The notes beneath the pieces are model-generated. The model did no database searches, was not told the origin of the DNA, and saw only the letters and a list, made by a program, of their open reading frames with translations. DNA of 63,328 nt, filler included, from Atractiella rhizophila (taxonomy: Eukaryota): NCBI GenBank assembly GCA_021432655.1. It is 4 parts of 3 records of this genome, joined end to end, with 100 filler letters (N's around TTAATTAATTAA, not from the genome) between each part and the next. Parts side by side here need not be neighbours in the genome. Positions count along the whole stretch, not along the records: positions 37,883 to 53,136 come from MU271594.1; 3 more parts are not named here. One strand, written 5' to 3'. The first letter of the stretch is position 1; every line of letters starts with the position of its first letter. A program made the translations under genes and the position numbers. Below are positions 37,883-50,815 of the stretch, piece after piece.

Positions 37883-40800
37883 GGGATAGGAGTAGTGACA
37901 GGTGTGGTAGTCCTAGTCCTCTCCTACCCATACTAGCCCAAAGAAGAAGTGACATGAGGAGTCGCCTCCCACTTACGACAGAGGTTACAGCAACTCGACC
38001 AGCACTACTATATCTATCACTTCTCGAAGCTGTCACGACGACTGTGACTGCACCTCGGGATCAACTAGAACAGAGTACAACTCTACCTCATCCACCTCAT
38101 CCTAATTTTGTACGTCCCGCAACGGAGAGAGAATGTCCAGCTGGGACCATATCACCACGGAGGACGACGTCTGTAACTACGGCAAACCTAGCTGCGAGAG
38201 CTAAAGAACAAACTAAAGAGACTTAACGTGCACCGTACTCTCACATCGAACGACGTGTATTGTTTTTACTATACTCACTTCTTATATATTCGGTCTCAGG
38301 TGTGTGGATACGAAAAAAAAACGAACTAAACTAAACTACGATTGTCCGACTCCCTATGATACCATCTGACAATCCTTCGTATAAAACACCACTTTCTTTG
38401 ACAAAGTGAACGTACTTACGAACGAAGTGAAAGGGAGTATCAACCGTTTGTTGTCAAAAACCGCGTACTGTACTCTTTCAGAGTCTTTCGAGACTTCTTT
38501 AATCTTTTAACGCCCGTGCGTCAAACGTGTGTTATCCTAAACCGTCACTGTTTTACACTGTACTGACTTTTTAGCTTGGGTGTGGTTTGTGGTTAGTCGG
38601 TTCTGAGTTGATGGGTTGGTATGTGGTTGATGTGGTAGCGCGTTTTGAGACATGGAACAACGGCATAAACCATCAATTCCTTTTAAAACAGTTTCACGGC
38701 TTCAGCCAGTGAACCGAGTCAGTACCTTCTGTTGATAAAAAACAGGAAATTTATTCGAAATAACATATGCCAACCTTTCCGCGACTGTGCGCATAAGACC
38801 ACCATACGAGTCTTAAAATTCCCCCAACAACACCTGGTTCTTCAGTGTACATTAATCCTGTTGTTGCGAGGCGAAATAAGGCAACATCACTGTCCTGCAT
38901 TCAACTACTCACCTGATATGGATCTTGAGGCACACCACCTCTCTACTTGGGGATTACTTTGTACACATTGCAAAGCCTTTCATTGGATGGAAGAGAAGAT
39001 CGTTAACAGCCCACAACAAAATCCAAAGTTTGCATTGTGCTGCCTCCACAGCAAGGTGCTGCTAGCTGTTCCTCCACCTCCACCTGAAGAGCTACGAAAG
39101 CTTTTTTACACATGACAATACAACAGGTAAGTATTTCTATTCAATTTTTTTTGCATATACATATCTGAGAGGAACAATCATTATAGAGTCAATGGCATTT
39201 CGAGAGCATATCAGGATATTCAATAATGCTTTTGCATTTACATCCTTAGGCGTCCGCCAGGTATCAATTCCTGGACATGGTCCTTACTCCTTCAAAATTC
39301 AGGGAGAGCTGTGCCACCTTATTGGCACTCTTTTACCACAACAAGAAGGGTGTGAAACATTTGCGCAGGTCTACATTACAGATTCAGCTGTACAGACTGA
39401 ACGAAGAGTTGGCACCACTTCAATATCACTGAATCGTAGGACGCTTGAAGACCTTCAGGCTATGCTCTTCCGTGTCAACCCATATCCTAGGATCTACAAA
39501 TTTGCAAAAGAAAGAATGGAACAGGATCCCACTACAACACTACATCTTCACACAGTCGCCCCACGAGATAGGGACCCAAAACGCTACAACATTCCTGTAG
39601 CCAGTGAAGTTGCTGTAATGAGGTAGGAGACGGTAACAGAGAAGAATATGAAGTGGCCAGAGATATTGTCATCCAGCTCAGGGCAACCAGGACCGGTAGC
39701 AACTTACAGCGTGTGAATGAGCTCAACTCAAATTATCTTCCACTTCGTTTTCCTCTTCTGTTTCCATATGGGGACCAAGGATGGCATCCGCAGATTCCAT
39801 ATCGAGACCACCTGCCTGCAGATCTTCCTGTCGCGAGCGAGAGCACTTCAATGATGACGGCATGCAAGTTGGTAATTCTGGGGTTCGACAACGTGTCCGC
39901 CAAATGGAGTTCTATTCTTACATGTTGCATCAACGAAATGATATATTCTCACTCCCTCTCTACGGTGGTCGGCTACTGCAAGAATTGGTAGTCGATGCTT
40001 ATGCTCAAATTGAGGCGAATCGACTCCGCCATCTGCTGTTCAATCAAGTCTACTCTTCGAGCCGAGGTGTATCAAGGTCTTACGGATGCCCTTGCAGAAG
40101 GCTATTCTTTAGAAGATATCGGGAGGCGGACTATATTACCATCAAGTTTCACTGGCAGTCCACGTTCAATGAATCAGCTGTTCCAGGATGCAATGACTAT
40201 AGTTGGTGCCAAAGGACCCCCAAATATCTTTACAACCTTCACTTGCAACCCACACTGGGCAGAGATCACGGAAGCCGTCCTACCAGGACAAAAACCAGAG
40301 GATCGACCAGATTTGGTTTCAAGGGTTTTTCGACTGAAGGCTCTGGAGTACATCAAGGATTTAGTGGTACGACAGATCTTTGGAAGGGTTATCAGATATG
40401 TCTGGGTCATTGAATGTCAGAAGATAGGTCTACCACATGCCCACATCATGTGGATGGCATCAACGATCACTTGATTCAGTGGCTCAAATCCATAGGAGAT
40501 CGGGTATATTATAGTACAGATCAAATTATAGATGACGAGGGAGATCTCAGAAATCGCTTCTCTGTCGAGTACCTGAATACCCTGGAGATCTCTGGATTCC
40601 CTTCGCATTGTTTACACCTCAAGACCGGTGCACCCATCATTCTTCTGCGAAATCTCAATCCATCTGCTGGCCTGTGCAACGGCACACGGCTCATTGTCAC
40701 TCAGCTTCTCCGACGAGTCATCGAAGCAACCATCATTACAGGTACACACAGTGGCGAATCAGTTCTCATTCCTCGAATTGGCATTGACAGTGCAGTATCA

Positions 40801-41330
40801 AACCAGCTTCCTTTTCAATTCCGGCACTTTCAATTCCCTGTGCGCTTAGCGTTTGCCTTAACTCTGAATAAAGTGCAAGGACAATCTGTTGGACATGTGG
40901 GTTTGTACTTAGAGTCTTCTCCTTTCTCTCATGGGCAGCTTTATGTTGGTCTTTCACGGGTTTCAAACGCAAACAATTTACGAGTATTGGTCAAAACAAA
41001 GCAAGGAGAAGAAAACAAGCAAACAGATAATGTAGTTTACAAGGAAGTGTTACAAGTACTCAATCACTGATCATCTCTCTCAGCATGTTCCTAACAGTAT
41101 AGTCAAAAGCTGAAGTGGTTCTCCGAGGTACGAGGAGACCACTCAGCTTTCATTGTTTTTTGAAGACAGTAGAGTACATATGGTGAGTCTGTGCTCGCCG
41201 AAGGCGAGGCCCCACGCAGTGGCTGCCAGAGGCAAGAGCTCCACGCAGTGGCCGCCGGAGGCTGGGGTCCAAGGGGCGAAGCCCCTGGCGGGGGGGGGGA
41301 TGCCCAGGGACGAGGGCACTGACACACTTG
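37883..41330 (+). mobile_element. Helitron (RepHel), internally deleted and frameshifted; 5' part mirror-reversed
   Basis: CTHCKAFHW..CC..KV, IRIFNNAFAFTSLG, YLPLRFPLLFPYGDQGW, GGRLLQELVVDAYAQIE, ILPSSFTGSPR, FTTFTCNPHW, VIECQKIGLPHAH, LLRNLNPSAGLCNGTRL, QFPVRLAFALTLNKVQGQS and FSHGQLYVGLSRV. 3' hairpin tgccc..gggca (41301-41318), end CTTG at 41330 followed by T. Confidence 0.95.
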
Positions 41331-41891
41331 TTCTCATAATAGCGCAATATTGAACACTTTGGCGTGTTACAGGAGGATGGTTTGCTGAAGGCTAGCTACT
41401 GTGCCAACATGTAGCTGCAGTGTTTCGTCAATACTACTAGAATGAGGCGCTGTAGTCCTCCATCTGGCCACCGAAGCGATTCAGGCGCGTAATGTAACGC
41501 TCTTGATTTCGAATACGCCGTCGTGTCCTCTTCTTGTCCTTTATCGAATTTATCAATCATCGGCAAATATAGCACTTCCCTCGGTAGCTCGTATTGCTCT
41601 TGCCGTATAGATGCTTCCTTCGTCAACAGTTGTTCGCAGAACACTGGCATGGGATTTTGCGATTCCTCCCGACTGGCACGCATATTGGGAACCAGTGCTC
41701 CCGCCGAGTGAGCTCCAGCTGGATGGAGAGGAACATTTCCGTTTCCCTGCACGGATCTCATAGTCAGCGAACGAGATCGCTTGGCTCTTTAAAATGGGCA
41801 GGCCCTTTAGATTTTTTTTTTTGGAGGAATCGGTGCAAGTGCCAAACACAAGAATCATTAACACCTTTAGCGTGACTGTGATTTTATAGTA

Positions 41892-43653
41892 ATGGCCGCT
41901 AACGTCGGAACCCTTTCTTATACTGCTGCTTATGGGTGCGTCTCTTTACTGTAACTTTTAGTCCGTGCACCCGCCTAACCACGGTCCTAACCTAGCCCAC
42001 AGCTCATTGGCCGTTAGTCTTTTCGTTAACGGTCCATATTTAGGGAGTGTGTTTGAAAAAGCATGATAGTGGTTTTCGAAGGAATGTTTGGTGGAGCCGT
42101 AGCGTGGAACGCAATGATTTACTACACCACTTATCCCAAAGACACTTGGTACATGAAAGTCCTCATCATCATTTTATTCGGGCTCTGTCTTTCCGCTCTT
42201 GCATCCGGGCTTGTCGGTACGATACTCTTTGATGACATGTCATGGACCACTGACCACTGACGGTGATGCCACTTCCAGCGCTGTGGCATTTTACAATATA
42301 TGGAGCGGATCATCCTGACCTTGGTGAGTGATACTTCGTCTTCTCATACATTGTTCTGAACCTTTTAGTTTTTTCAAACATTCCTGATGGCGTTGTACGC
42401 TACCAAATCCTTGTACCTGTGGTATGCAGCTCCCGTCTTCCCGCCTTTCACTTGACCTGACCCAATCCCTCAGTTGAGCGCTTTCTTCTCAGAACTGTAC
42501 TTTGGATGGCGCTGTTTCAAATGCAAGTGCCACCATTCTCGTTTCGAGTCAAGCTCACTCCTATGGTTGTTCAGACACTCACAAGAACATCTGGATCGGT
42601 ATCTTGGTCGGGGTAGCCATTCTCTTCTCCTTCGCTGGAGGAATCGCTGCTTGGGTTTACCTTTCGTTCGCTTGTCCCTACATGACCTTTCTCCATCATT
42701 AACAGAACCATTAGCTTTACAGGAAGCAATCCACTTGACGATCCGGTGAAGGAAGAAGATCGGCTTCGCCGCCAGCGACTCCTGTAACCTCAGTCACAAC
42801 AAGCGTTACCAAGACTAATTGGGCTGACAGGATTCAACTCGAATACTTCTCGATGGCAATCACAGACATCATTATTTCCGTCATTCTGACGGCCAAGTTG
42901 AAGAAGGACCAGCATGGTTTTAACTGGAGGTAATACACATTCTTCCCAGTCTGATAGAACGTTGACACCGAGGCGAAGAACTGACAAGCTACTTGGGCGA
43001 CTACTTTCGCTCTCGCTCACTTCGGTGAGTTTAATACCTTTTACCTCTAGTGGGAACGCTCTGACAGATGCCTTAGGCTGCTTTGACTTCGTATGTCTCG
43101 CACATAGCTTCCACCCTTTTCATTAGATAACACCCTACAGGATAACGGCTATTTTGACTGCGATCCTTTATGTCCGAACGAGCCAGCACAACAATGGTAA
43201 GATTCCCTATCTTCCTTTCAATTCTCTGAACGAAAAGCTCACATTGTCACAGCCTATCTCTCCTTTGCTAACTTGCTACCCTCCCTTTTTGCGCTCTCCA
43301 CAGTCTACACACTGAACATCCGGGATTCGTTAAGGGAGATGTGGAGCCACAGTCACAGTCATTCGCTCACGACCAGCCAGACGAACCACACCCGAAAGAC
43401 GACGTTCGCGCTCGCCTCCAGACTCTCCCGTCCGGCCGTTCACCAGCCATCCAATTCGGGAATTCAGGTTCATGTCAGCACGTTGCGAGATCAGGATTTT
43501 CATGAGAAGGACGACTTGGATCCTGTGGACTCCATACATCTTAAAGTATGTGTCCCCATTTATTAATACTCGTGATACCATGTAGCTTAATTCTGCCTCA
43601 CGGCTTTGTAGCAAGTGTCTCCGAGACCTCCTTCTCCATCTGGACAGGTTTAA
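41892..43653 (+). CDS. Multi-TM basidiomycete protein (DUF6534-like), many small exons
   Basis: FEGMFGGAVAWNAMIYYTTYPKDTWYMKVL, SAFFSELYFGWRC, TDIIISVILT and LPSLFALSTVYTLNIR. Confidence 0.8.
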
Positions 43654-44928
43654 ACCCTGGCCCGTTTAGTTTCATCGCTCGTCGCCTTCAGAACAACGCA
43701 CATTTCTGAATAGCATCATTCTTAGATCTCAGCATCCCTCAGATCCGTCTACAGGTCCGGTCTACATCACATCTCTCCTCACATTTCACACATAATTTAT
43801 CAACTAAGCTACAAGTTGTGGCCTTGGATTGCGATGGAATAATAAAATTGTGGTAAGAATACTCCTTGACCTGTTGTATTTGACTTCTGTCCTGCTTCAA
43901 TCCTCGGAAAAACTGCTCGCAGACAAATAACAGAAGTATATGTGCCATTCTGAGCCCAAGGAGCCTTCTGGGGTGATTTCTTCGTCTTCACTAACCAGTT
44001 GTCACCATCTGATCAGGTCTGAATAATCTAGTATAGCCTCACCATAAGGCGACATCTGACACACTAATCATACTACCGTTACTTCTTGAAAGCTCTCGAT
44101 TTGATGAGAGATACTGCGGACTACCAAAGTCACCTGATCTAAGTGATGCCAAGCGTGACTCAGCGAATATCCAGATGTTTTCCTTCAATGCATTTCATCA
44201 GGCATTTCATAATCCCATTCTCACCATCTCCATCACCGTCCAAATCCATCGATAAACGGCTGCACATCGCGAGTTTTCAGCTGCCTGTGTTATATGAAAG
44301 ATTTGCAAAGATCGGTAAAAAGAGAGAGTTAGGAATGGTTCCTTCACCTTGTTCTCTTCCAATTCCCCAACTTATCGAACGTTTGTGAGGGGCTTTCCAC
44401 ACGTTCGAGTGTTCTATGTGTTGATCTGCGCGACAAGCGCTTATACCTTGAGCTAAGTCGCTCGCTGGGAGGCAGCAGTGGAGAACATGAAAGCTCAAAG
44501 GTTGACGTATGGCAGGCCGAGGGTGGAGGAACGGTTATGCATGGAAGAGTTCCAGTTACCTAGTTCATCAGCCCATAACGGGCAGCCTGAGTTTGAGGGG
44601 GACGGTCCAATTTCTAATCTTGATTGGCTCCCGTAAAAAAGCTGCGATGGCTACTCAGTTTAAGGACCAAGTTTGGGCTGAAGAGATGAAGTTTGTGTGT
44701 ATCTGGTTGAGAGCTCGTTGGCTTGGAGCTTGTAATTGTCCTGGTAATTGTCAGGCCTTGCTGGGTCAATTGGAACACGAATGCATCAACTTTGTTTACC
44801 TCAGCGCCTCGACTTTGGCATCTAATAAAAGGCTCTCTCCTTGTCTGCTGTCCCTCTTCTTCCTCCTCGACTTTCTTTAGTGTTTTCTCGTCTCGCAGAT
44901 AAATCGAGCAAAGTAAGAAACAGGAAAG

Positions 44929-47900
44929 ATGGACATGGTACGTCGCTATCTACTTGCTACTTTATCACCACGTCTAACGTTGCCGTCTCGCGGTCCTCTC
45001 GTCAGCTAAGAGCTCTCCTCTCTCCACCTCCCACCGCGCCAGACGGTCTCCCCAGCGCGTCTGCCCAAAGGTCGACCACGGCCTCGATAGTCAGGGACGT
45101 CCTGTCGCAGGTGAAGAACGGAAGGGTGCTGGCTGACACCGCGACGATCGTCCAAGGACTTGAACAACTCTTCAAGGGAGAGCCGATCAATGATCGAGAG
45201 TTGTTATTGGAGCATGGTGTTGGAATGTTGCAGCATTTGCCGGAGGGAAGCAAAGTGGGGGAGAAGGCGGCAGACGCGTACGTTCTCCGTTTTGCTCTTG
45301 CGCGTTTCTACTTCTTCTGTTTTTGTTGCGAGAGAGTGTCCTTCGTACTACACTAGCCACTAGTAACCGTAGGACATGTGCTCCTTTTCTCAGAACTGAA
45401 GTTCGCAGAGGACACGTCCTTCCCATTCTTCTCCTGGACGCGTCGATTTCATGCAGAAAATTTTGGGTGTGAATACTTGCCAAGGTGGACATGCCGCGTG
45501 TTTTTTTTGCTGAACCTCTTCCGACTCTTCTGCCAAAACCTCAGGGCTGACTGTCCAATGACGATAGTTTCATCGCCGCTCTCTGGAAAGACCTCCCCCA
45601 TCCTCCAGTCACTTATGTTGGGGACGACGCAAGTGTCTCTCTTCGAGCTTCATCGTCCTCTTGACTGAAAGGAAACAGGCCCGCTATCGTCGCGCAGACG
45701 GCTCGAATAACAACCCATTTATCCCAGGTTTGGGAAAAGCAGGCTCGCCATACTCGAGGAGCGTGCCATCGAAAGCTCCAAAGCTCACGAACCTCCCCGA
45801 TCCTGGTCTTGTCTTTGACGCGCTCTTGAGGAGGGATAAGTTCGTGCCACATCCTTCTGGGTTCTCGAGCCTGTTCTTTGCTTTCGCTACCGTCGTACGT
45901 CTTCCAATTCTCGCCCTCGTTTTGTCCAGTGTTAACTGAGGTGATGCGCTACGCATTTAGGTGATCCATGAATGCTTTCAGACGAATAGGAAGGATATGA
46001 ATATCAACGATACATCCTCCTATGTGGACTTATCGACGCTTTATGGGAATAATCAAGAGGAGGTCGATGCCGTGAGAACCTTTGAAGGGGATGGAAAGAT
46101 TTGGCCAGATGTCGTTGGAAGCTGTATGTCCTTCCTCATCCACAACACTTCCCTAATCAAACCTGCCATTCGGTGTCACAGACCGAATCATGCTCATGCC
46201 ACCAAAGGTGATCGCGATTTGCGTCCTCTTCTCTCGAAACCACAACCACATCGCAGAGAAACTCTTGACAATCAACGAGTGTGGAAAGTACAATTCGAAC
46301 ATTGGGGAATTAACGGAAGAGCAAAAGAAGTGGCAGGACGACGATATATTCCACATCGGTTCGTTCTCCGCCAATTGTGAGTGATGATGTTGACTCTGTG
46401 ACAAAGCGAGGAATGTCAACGTTGCGACATTTGCCAGCGTGGTGCTGAGGGACTATGTGAACGTGGGCTGCTCCTTTCGTGATTCAGCCTTGCTTGGCAT
46501 CTAATGTGTCTGTGGATGACAGGCAATCCTTAACACTACCAAAACTGGATCAAACTGGAACCTGGATTTGGGGAAGGAGATCAAGGATAGGCATGTGCGA
46601 ACAGAGAGAGGAACCGTCCGTCTTGCTCCAGACTTTGCTTCACTTGACCTGAGGTATTTCCGTGACAGGGAGGACTCATCAGCGTTGAATTCAATACGCT
46701 CTATCGATGGCATGCCTCCATGAGCGCTGCGGATGCGACGTGGACGGAGAGAGCGTTCCAAAAGCACTTGTGAGTCCCTTACCTCATGTCTTCTCCCTCC
46801 GGGCTAACTGAGTGCCATGTAGCCCCAATAAGAAAGTCGAGGATATAACGATTGAAGAATTCTGGGGACTGTCCTCTACCATCGAAGACCGCTTACACGG
46901 AAAAGCACCTAAAGAGTGGGAGGTCTATGGAGTGTTGACGAGGGGTCCGGATGGGAGATTCGATGATGAAGCTCTCGCGAAGATCATCAAGGATGCTGTT
47001 GAAGAACCGGCTGGCGCTTTTAAAGCGAGAGGAACACCGGCTCCATTTAAAGCGATTGAATGCATGGGAATGTACCAAGCTAGGTTCGTTATTCACTTCC
47101 AACAAGAAGAGTGACGGTTAGGAACTTTTTTTGGTGGTGATACAGGCAGTATGGAGTGTGCACGATGAACGAATTCAGGAAGGTGCGCTCAAATATTTTC
47201 TATCGGCGTTGTGGGGCTAGAGTTGATGGTTATTCGGTGCAGTTCCTCAACCTCAAAACATTTGACTCGTTTTTGGAATGGAACAGCGACCCGGAGATCG
47301 CGGCTGGTCACTTTTCATTACTCTTATCCGACTTATGGTCTAACTGCGATGTACAGCCGCTGAGGCGCTTTATGTCCACGTTGACAACTTGGAACTCTAC
47401 CCTGGTCTCCTTGCTGAAGAGCCAAAACCTGCCATGACCGGTTCTGGTGCGTTATTCATTGTTCCTTTCCACCTCACGGAGCGCTGAGAGTTGTGATATA
47501 GGGGTTTGCGTTGGTAGGTACTTCCCTCTGACACCGCCATGTCTTTGTTGACGATGTAATTCCAGGGCATACAATCGGAAGAGGTATTTTAGATGACGCC
47601 GTCTCCCTGGTTCGAAGCGACCGTTTTCTCACGTACGACCTCACGCCTTACACACTTACCTCATGGGGTATGCAACAACTGGCCCCTCACGCGGGAGCAC
47701 AAGGTGGTCTCCTCTCAAAGGTCATCTTCAACGCTCTTCCTAGGTCATTCACGTTCAATTCAACTTATGTTCTCTTCCCATTTTTCACTCCTAAGGCCAT
47801 CGAAGACATCCTCGTAAGCTATTCTTTCGCTTTACCCCTTGTTGTATTGACGTTGTGTCCTGTGCACAGAGGAATTTGGGCAAATTGGAGCAGTATGATA

Positions 47901-49766
47901 CGCTCAGACCAAAAGGGATGCCTACCCTACATGGCCTCAACAGCTATGATTGTGTGAAGGAGGCGTTTGCGGATAAAGAGAGATTCGGCGTTATTTACCT
48001 CAAAAATCTTGAACTTGTCACAAACGGTCGGGACTTCATGAGGGAGTAACCTCGGAGCTTAGACGGTCTTAGCGTAGTTCAAATAGGCTACTCGACATCG
48101 CATGGCGGATGGGCCGACCTTTGTAACGAGAGTCGTAATTACGAAACAGTGCTAGCACGGACAGCAGAAGGGTAGGTTAGTACTTGATAGCCTCGGGTAG
48201 TCCTTGCCTACGTACCTCAGTTTCGTCCCTTACGCTGCTTGGGGCNNNNNNNNNNNNNNNNNNNNNNNNNNNNNNNNNNNNNNNNNNNNNNNNNNNNNNN
48301 NNNNNNNNNNNNNNNNNNNNNNNNNNNNNNNNNNNNNNNNNNNNNNNNNNNNNNNNNNNNNNNNNNNNNNNNNNNNNNNNNNNNNNNNNNNNNNNNNNNN
48401 NNNNNNNNNNNNNNNNNNNNNNNNNNNNNNNNNNNNNNNNNNNNNNNNNNNNNNNNNNNNNNNNNNNNNNNNNNNNNNNNNNNNNNNNNNNNNNNNNNNN
48501 NNNNNNNNNNNNNNNNNNNNNNNNNNNNNNNNNNNNNNNNNNNNNNNNNNNNNNNNNNNNNNNNNNNNNNNNNNNNNNNNNNNNNNNNNNNNNNNNNNNN
48601 NNNNNNNNNNNNNNNNNNNNNNNNNNNNNNNNNNNNNNNNNNNNNNNNNNNNNNNNNNNNNNNNNNNNNNNNNNNNNNNNNNNNNNNNNNNNNNNNNNNN
48701 NNNNNNNNNNNNNNNNNNNNNNNNNNNNNNNNNNNNNNNNNNNNNNNNNNNNNNNNNNNNNNNNNNNNNNNNNNNNNNNNNNNNNNNNNNNNNNNNNNNN
48801 NNNNNNNNNNNNNNNNNNNNNNNNNNNNNNNNNNNNNNNNNNNNNNNNNNNNNNNNNNNNNNNNNNNNNNNNNNNNNNNNNNNNNNNNNNNNNNNNNNNN
48901 NNNNNNNNNNNNNNNNNNNNNNNNNNNNNNTCATTCCTCTTGCAGGGAATATCACACAACAATCTGCTCTTATTGTTGATCTTTATTTGCAGGATGGTTT
49001 TGAAGGTATGTTATTTAAAGGTCTCATTTGGGCTGCTGACTTGTACCGTAGAGGAGAAGAAAAGAATTTGTCAATTGGCTTTTGCCGACACCAAAGAGGC
49101 AGATGAGGAGCTGATTGGTTATATTCGCGAAGGTGAATACCCTTCTTCTTAGAGCTGAGTGGCCCATCCTGACCCATCATAGGAATGCGCTTTGCTCCAG
49201 TTGTTGTCGGCCTCCCTCGAAAAGCCAATAAGGATTGCGTCGTTGTTGATGGCGATCAAACGATTAAGGTCAAGGAGGGCGATCTCCTGTTGCTGTCCAC
49301 GTCCAATGCGCATATGGATCCCTCCATCTTCCCTGATCCGTTGAAAGTTAACCCTTTCAGGCCCAAGGAAAGTTACATGCTTGTAAGTCATCATAGTAAC
49401 CGTGGTCCCAATTGTCTCACGTAAATCTAGATGGGACACGGCTTACATTACTGCCTCGGAGCAAAACTTGTTGAATTGCCCATTTTAGAGACCATCAAGC
49501 CCATCTTTAGGCTGAAGAATATCAGACGGCAGCCTGGGCCTGCTGGCAAACTTGCACGGTACCCCAAAGAGTGAGCTTCGATTTTGTCATCCCATCTTCC
49601 GCAATTTAATGGTGTCCAATAGGCTCGCTGGGAGCTGCTTCCATTTCTGTTTGACGCCGGATTCGAAAGAGGTGCCTATGCCAATGAGTCTGTCGATTCT
49701 GGTATGTTACTGTCATAACCCTCCAAGTACTTCTCGTGCTGAGAGAGCGAACAGTACGACGTTTGA
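44929..49766 (+). CDS. Fatty-acid dioxygenase-cytochrome P450 fusion (Ppo/linoleate diol synthase family)
   Basis: RYRRADGSNNNP, VIHECFQT (distal His), SSYVDLSTLYG, FSRNHNHIA, EFNTLYRWH, ELYPGL and LVRSDRF; P450 part has EGMR and MGHGLHYCLG (heme Cys). Gap at 48246-48930. Confidence 0.93.
48031..48245. other. Mirror-reversed block inside the Ppo gene
   Basis: Reversal gives TNGRG|GT..AG|FMIGWEDDRHDRDKALMLRAMFPAG|GT..AG|FEAPMREYFR in correct phase. Confidence 0.9.
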
Positions 49767-50452
49767 CGAAACGAATCTCATGTCTGTGGTGAATCACGGA
49801 CCTTTCTTACGCTTAACCTTTCGACGTCGGTACGATGCTACTTATTAGCAAATTGTGATAAAGCGATGATGCCGTATGCTGTATCTCTTCCAACTGCAAC
49901 GAGTTATTTTCGAATGAAGCGGAGTTGTTTCCCCCTATCATCAAGTTCAGAGTCACTTTGATAGCAAATGTCTCCATTGGGAATATTATGTTATAAGCCT
50001 GGACATTGTTCAGATATGGCAGAGGATTCGAAATACATCGACCAGTTGTCATCAATAGTCGATGAAGTTGAAGCAAGCTGGGGGAGAATATTTTGTGGCC
50101 ATGCTTGTAATACTGCCAGTGTCAGACGGACCAATAATCTGAGAGAATAACTCCTTCACTTCACCGTCAATGTTAATGTCAATAACGGTCAAAGGGCAAT
50201 AGTTTTGGCAGCCTTCATTGATATCATTAACTCAATGTAAACGATCAAGGTATTGGACAAGCTAATTAATCATGAACGACATTTTGATGTTTGGAGGATA
50301 CAGGCTGGTACAGGCGATGAAAGTGAAATACAATTGCTACAACTACTGCTACTATACAGGGAAGACACCAAAAACATCACTGCTGAAGTACAGGGTAGAA
50401 TGGAACTGTGTGGAACAGCTAAGGATGTCGTGGTTCTGCAGGACTGTGCAAA

Positions 50453-50815
50453 TTACTGGTGGGTTTCAACCAATCTGACAAGGGAGGGTAAGTAATCCAT
50501 GTAAGCCGAGCAAGCCATGCAGAACATGAACATGAAGAACAAAAAGACATTCTCGAAGTAATCCTTTCCCCGGCGCTTGGTAATCCGACTATTGGGGAAA
50601 TGATCGGGGAAGAGTACTTGTGGTGTGAACACCAAAAGAAAGAAGAGCAGCGTCCCCCAGCGAAGCCATTTCAGGGACAGTGTCCAGACAAGAAGGCCAA
50701 CGACTGCGGAAGCGTAGAAGAAAGCCCAAAGGCGAGGATATTGGTCAAGTGCGCGCAGAGCTGTTGCAAGTGAATGAGTAGGCGGAAAAGGAAGATTGTG
50801 TGACGCACTCGACAT
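50453..50815 (-). CDS. Possible small membrane protein
   Basis: Open frame MSSASHNL... with three hydrophobic stretches; no family recognised. Confidence 0.4.
   Translation of the reverse strand: MSSASHNLPFPPTHSLATALRALDQYPRLWAFFYASAVVGLLVWTLSLKWLRWGTLLFFLLVFTPQVLFPDHFPNSRITKRRGKDYFENVFLFFMFMFCMACSAYMDYLPSLVRLVETHQ

Noticed and set aside
48177..49152. Long ORFs spanning N runs (also 23454-23898 and 55670-56127)
   Set aside because: Artefacts of translating Ns.
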